Below, piece by piece: positions 63,866 to 64,000 of a DNA stretch of 64,000 bases. The translations under genes and the position numbers were made by a program. Numbering within the stretch: the first letter of the stretch is position 1; every line of letters begins with the position of its first letter. The stretch comes from Dehalococcoidia bacterium. GTDB taxonomy: Bacteria > Chloroflexota > Dehalococcoidia > Lucifugimonadales > GCA-2712585. The notes under the pieces were generated by a model that made no database searches, was not told the origin of the DNA, and was given only the letters and a program-made list of their open reading frames with translations. The DNA lies in contig CBDBPI010000001.1 in assembly GCA_965208725.1 (NCBI GenBank), positions 732,687-796,686 on the forward strand, given 5' to 3'.

Positions 63866-64000
63866 ATGGAGAGCGGCAGCCCTCCGGTTGTCTACGAAGT
63901 TCGGTATCCTGAAACCCTCCATCCGGGACACGTTATCGCTAAACTGTTCCTCGGGTGGATCTATGTCGGCATCCCCCACGGAATTATCCTCTTTTTCTAC
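63866..64000 (+). CDS. DUF4389-like membrane protein, 5' fragment (runs off the window)
   Basis: SD AGGAGG at 63853-63858. MESGSPPVVYEVRYPETLHPGHVIAKLFLGWIYVGIPHGIILFFY matches the YPE...IPH..vl pattern. Confidence 0.55.
   Translation, partial: MESGSPPVVYEVRYPETLHPGHVIAKLFLGWIYVGIPHGIILFFY

Overview
GC-rich bacterial chromosomal segment. The gene content (separate cofG/cofH, DRG-type GTPase, lipoproteins on long Pro/Thr stalks) makes a Chloroflexota-like organism a reasonable but unverified guess. Region 0-44 kb is mostly core genes: yceD-rpmF-fabD-nusB-acpP, family-4 UDG, RNase J, FtsK, Mrp plus DUF59, UvrB, RuvA/RuvC/YebC, KH-rpsP, RimI, a two-gene ABC exporter, RuvB, cofGHDC plus an LLM oxidoreductase, FabI, HIT and a YqeK-like HD protein. 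These are interrupted by two identical 871-bp IS5-family copies in inverted orientation (one splits a large unknown gene), two type II TA pairs (a third lies at 46.8-47.4 kb in the phage-like region), several low-GC islets, and four secreted/lipoprotein proteases on long Pro/Thr stalks. Region 44-63 kb carries intact phage-like packaging, head and tail-tip genes (TerL, portal, scaffold, HK97-like capsid, adaptor, hub, OB-fold spike). They are not contiguous: blocks of ordinary metabolic genes split them into three modules. Nearly every intergenic gap there is filled by mosaic arrays of at least seven families of short hairpin (REP-like) repeats. One array is bracketed by a 16-bp direct duplication that copies a start codon. 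tRNA-Leu(CAA) lies at 63657-63742. The main novelty candidates are the split phage-derived particle gene set, the apparently mobile composite REP arrays, a two-gene low-GC islet (coiled-coil protein plus Hjc-like nuclease/TM protein), and a stalk-tethered SipW-type peptidase. All family assignments come from motif recognition by eye; no database search was run.
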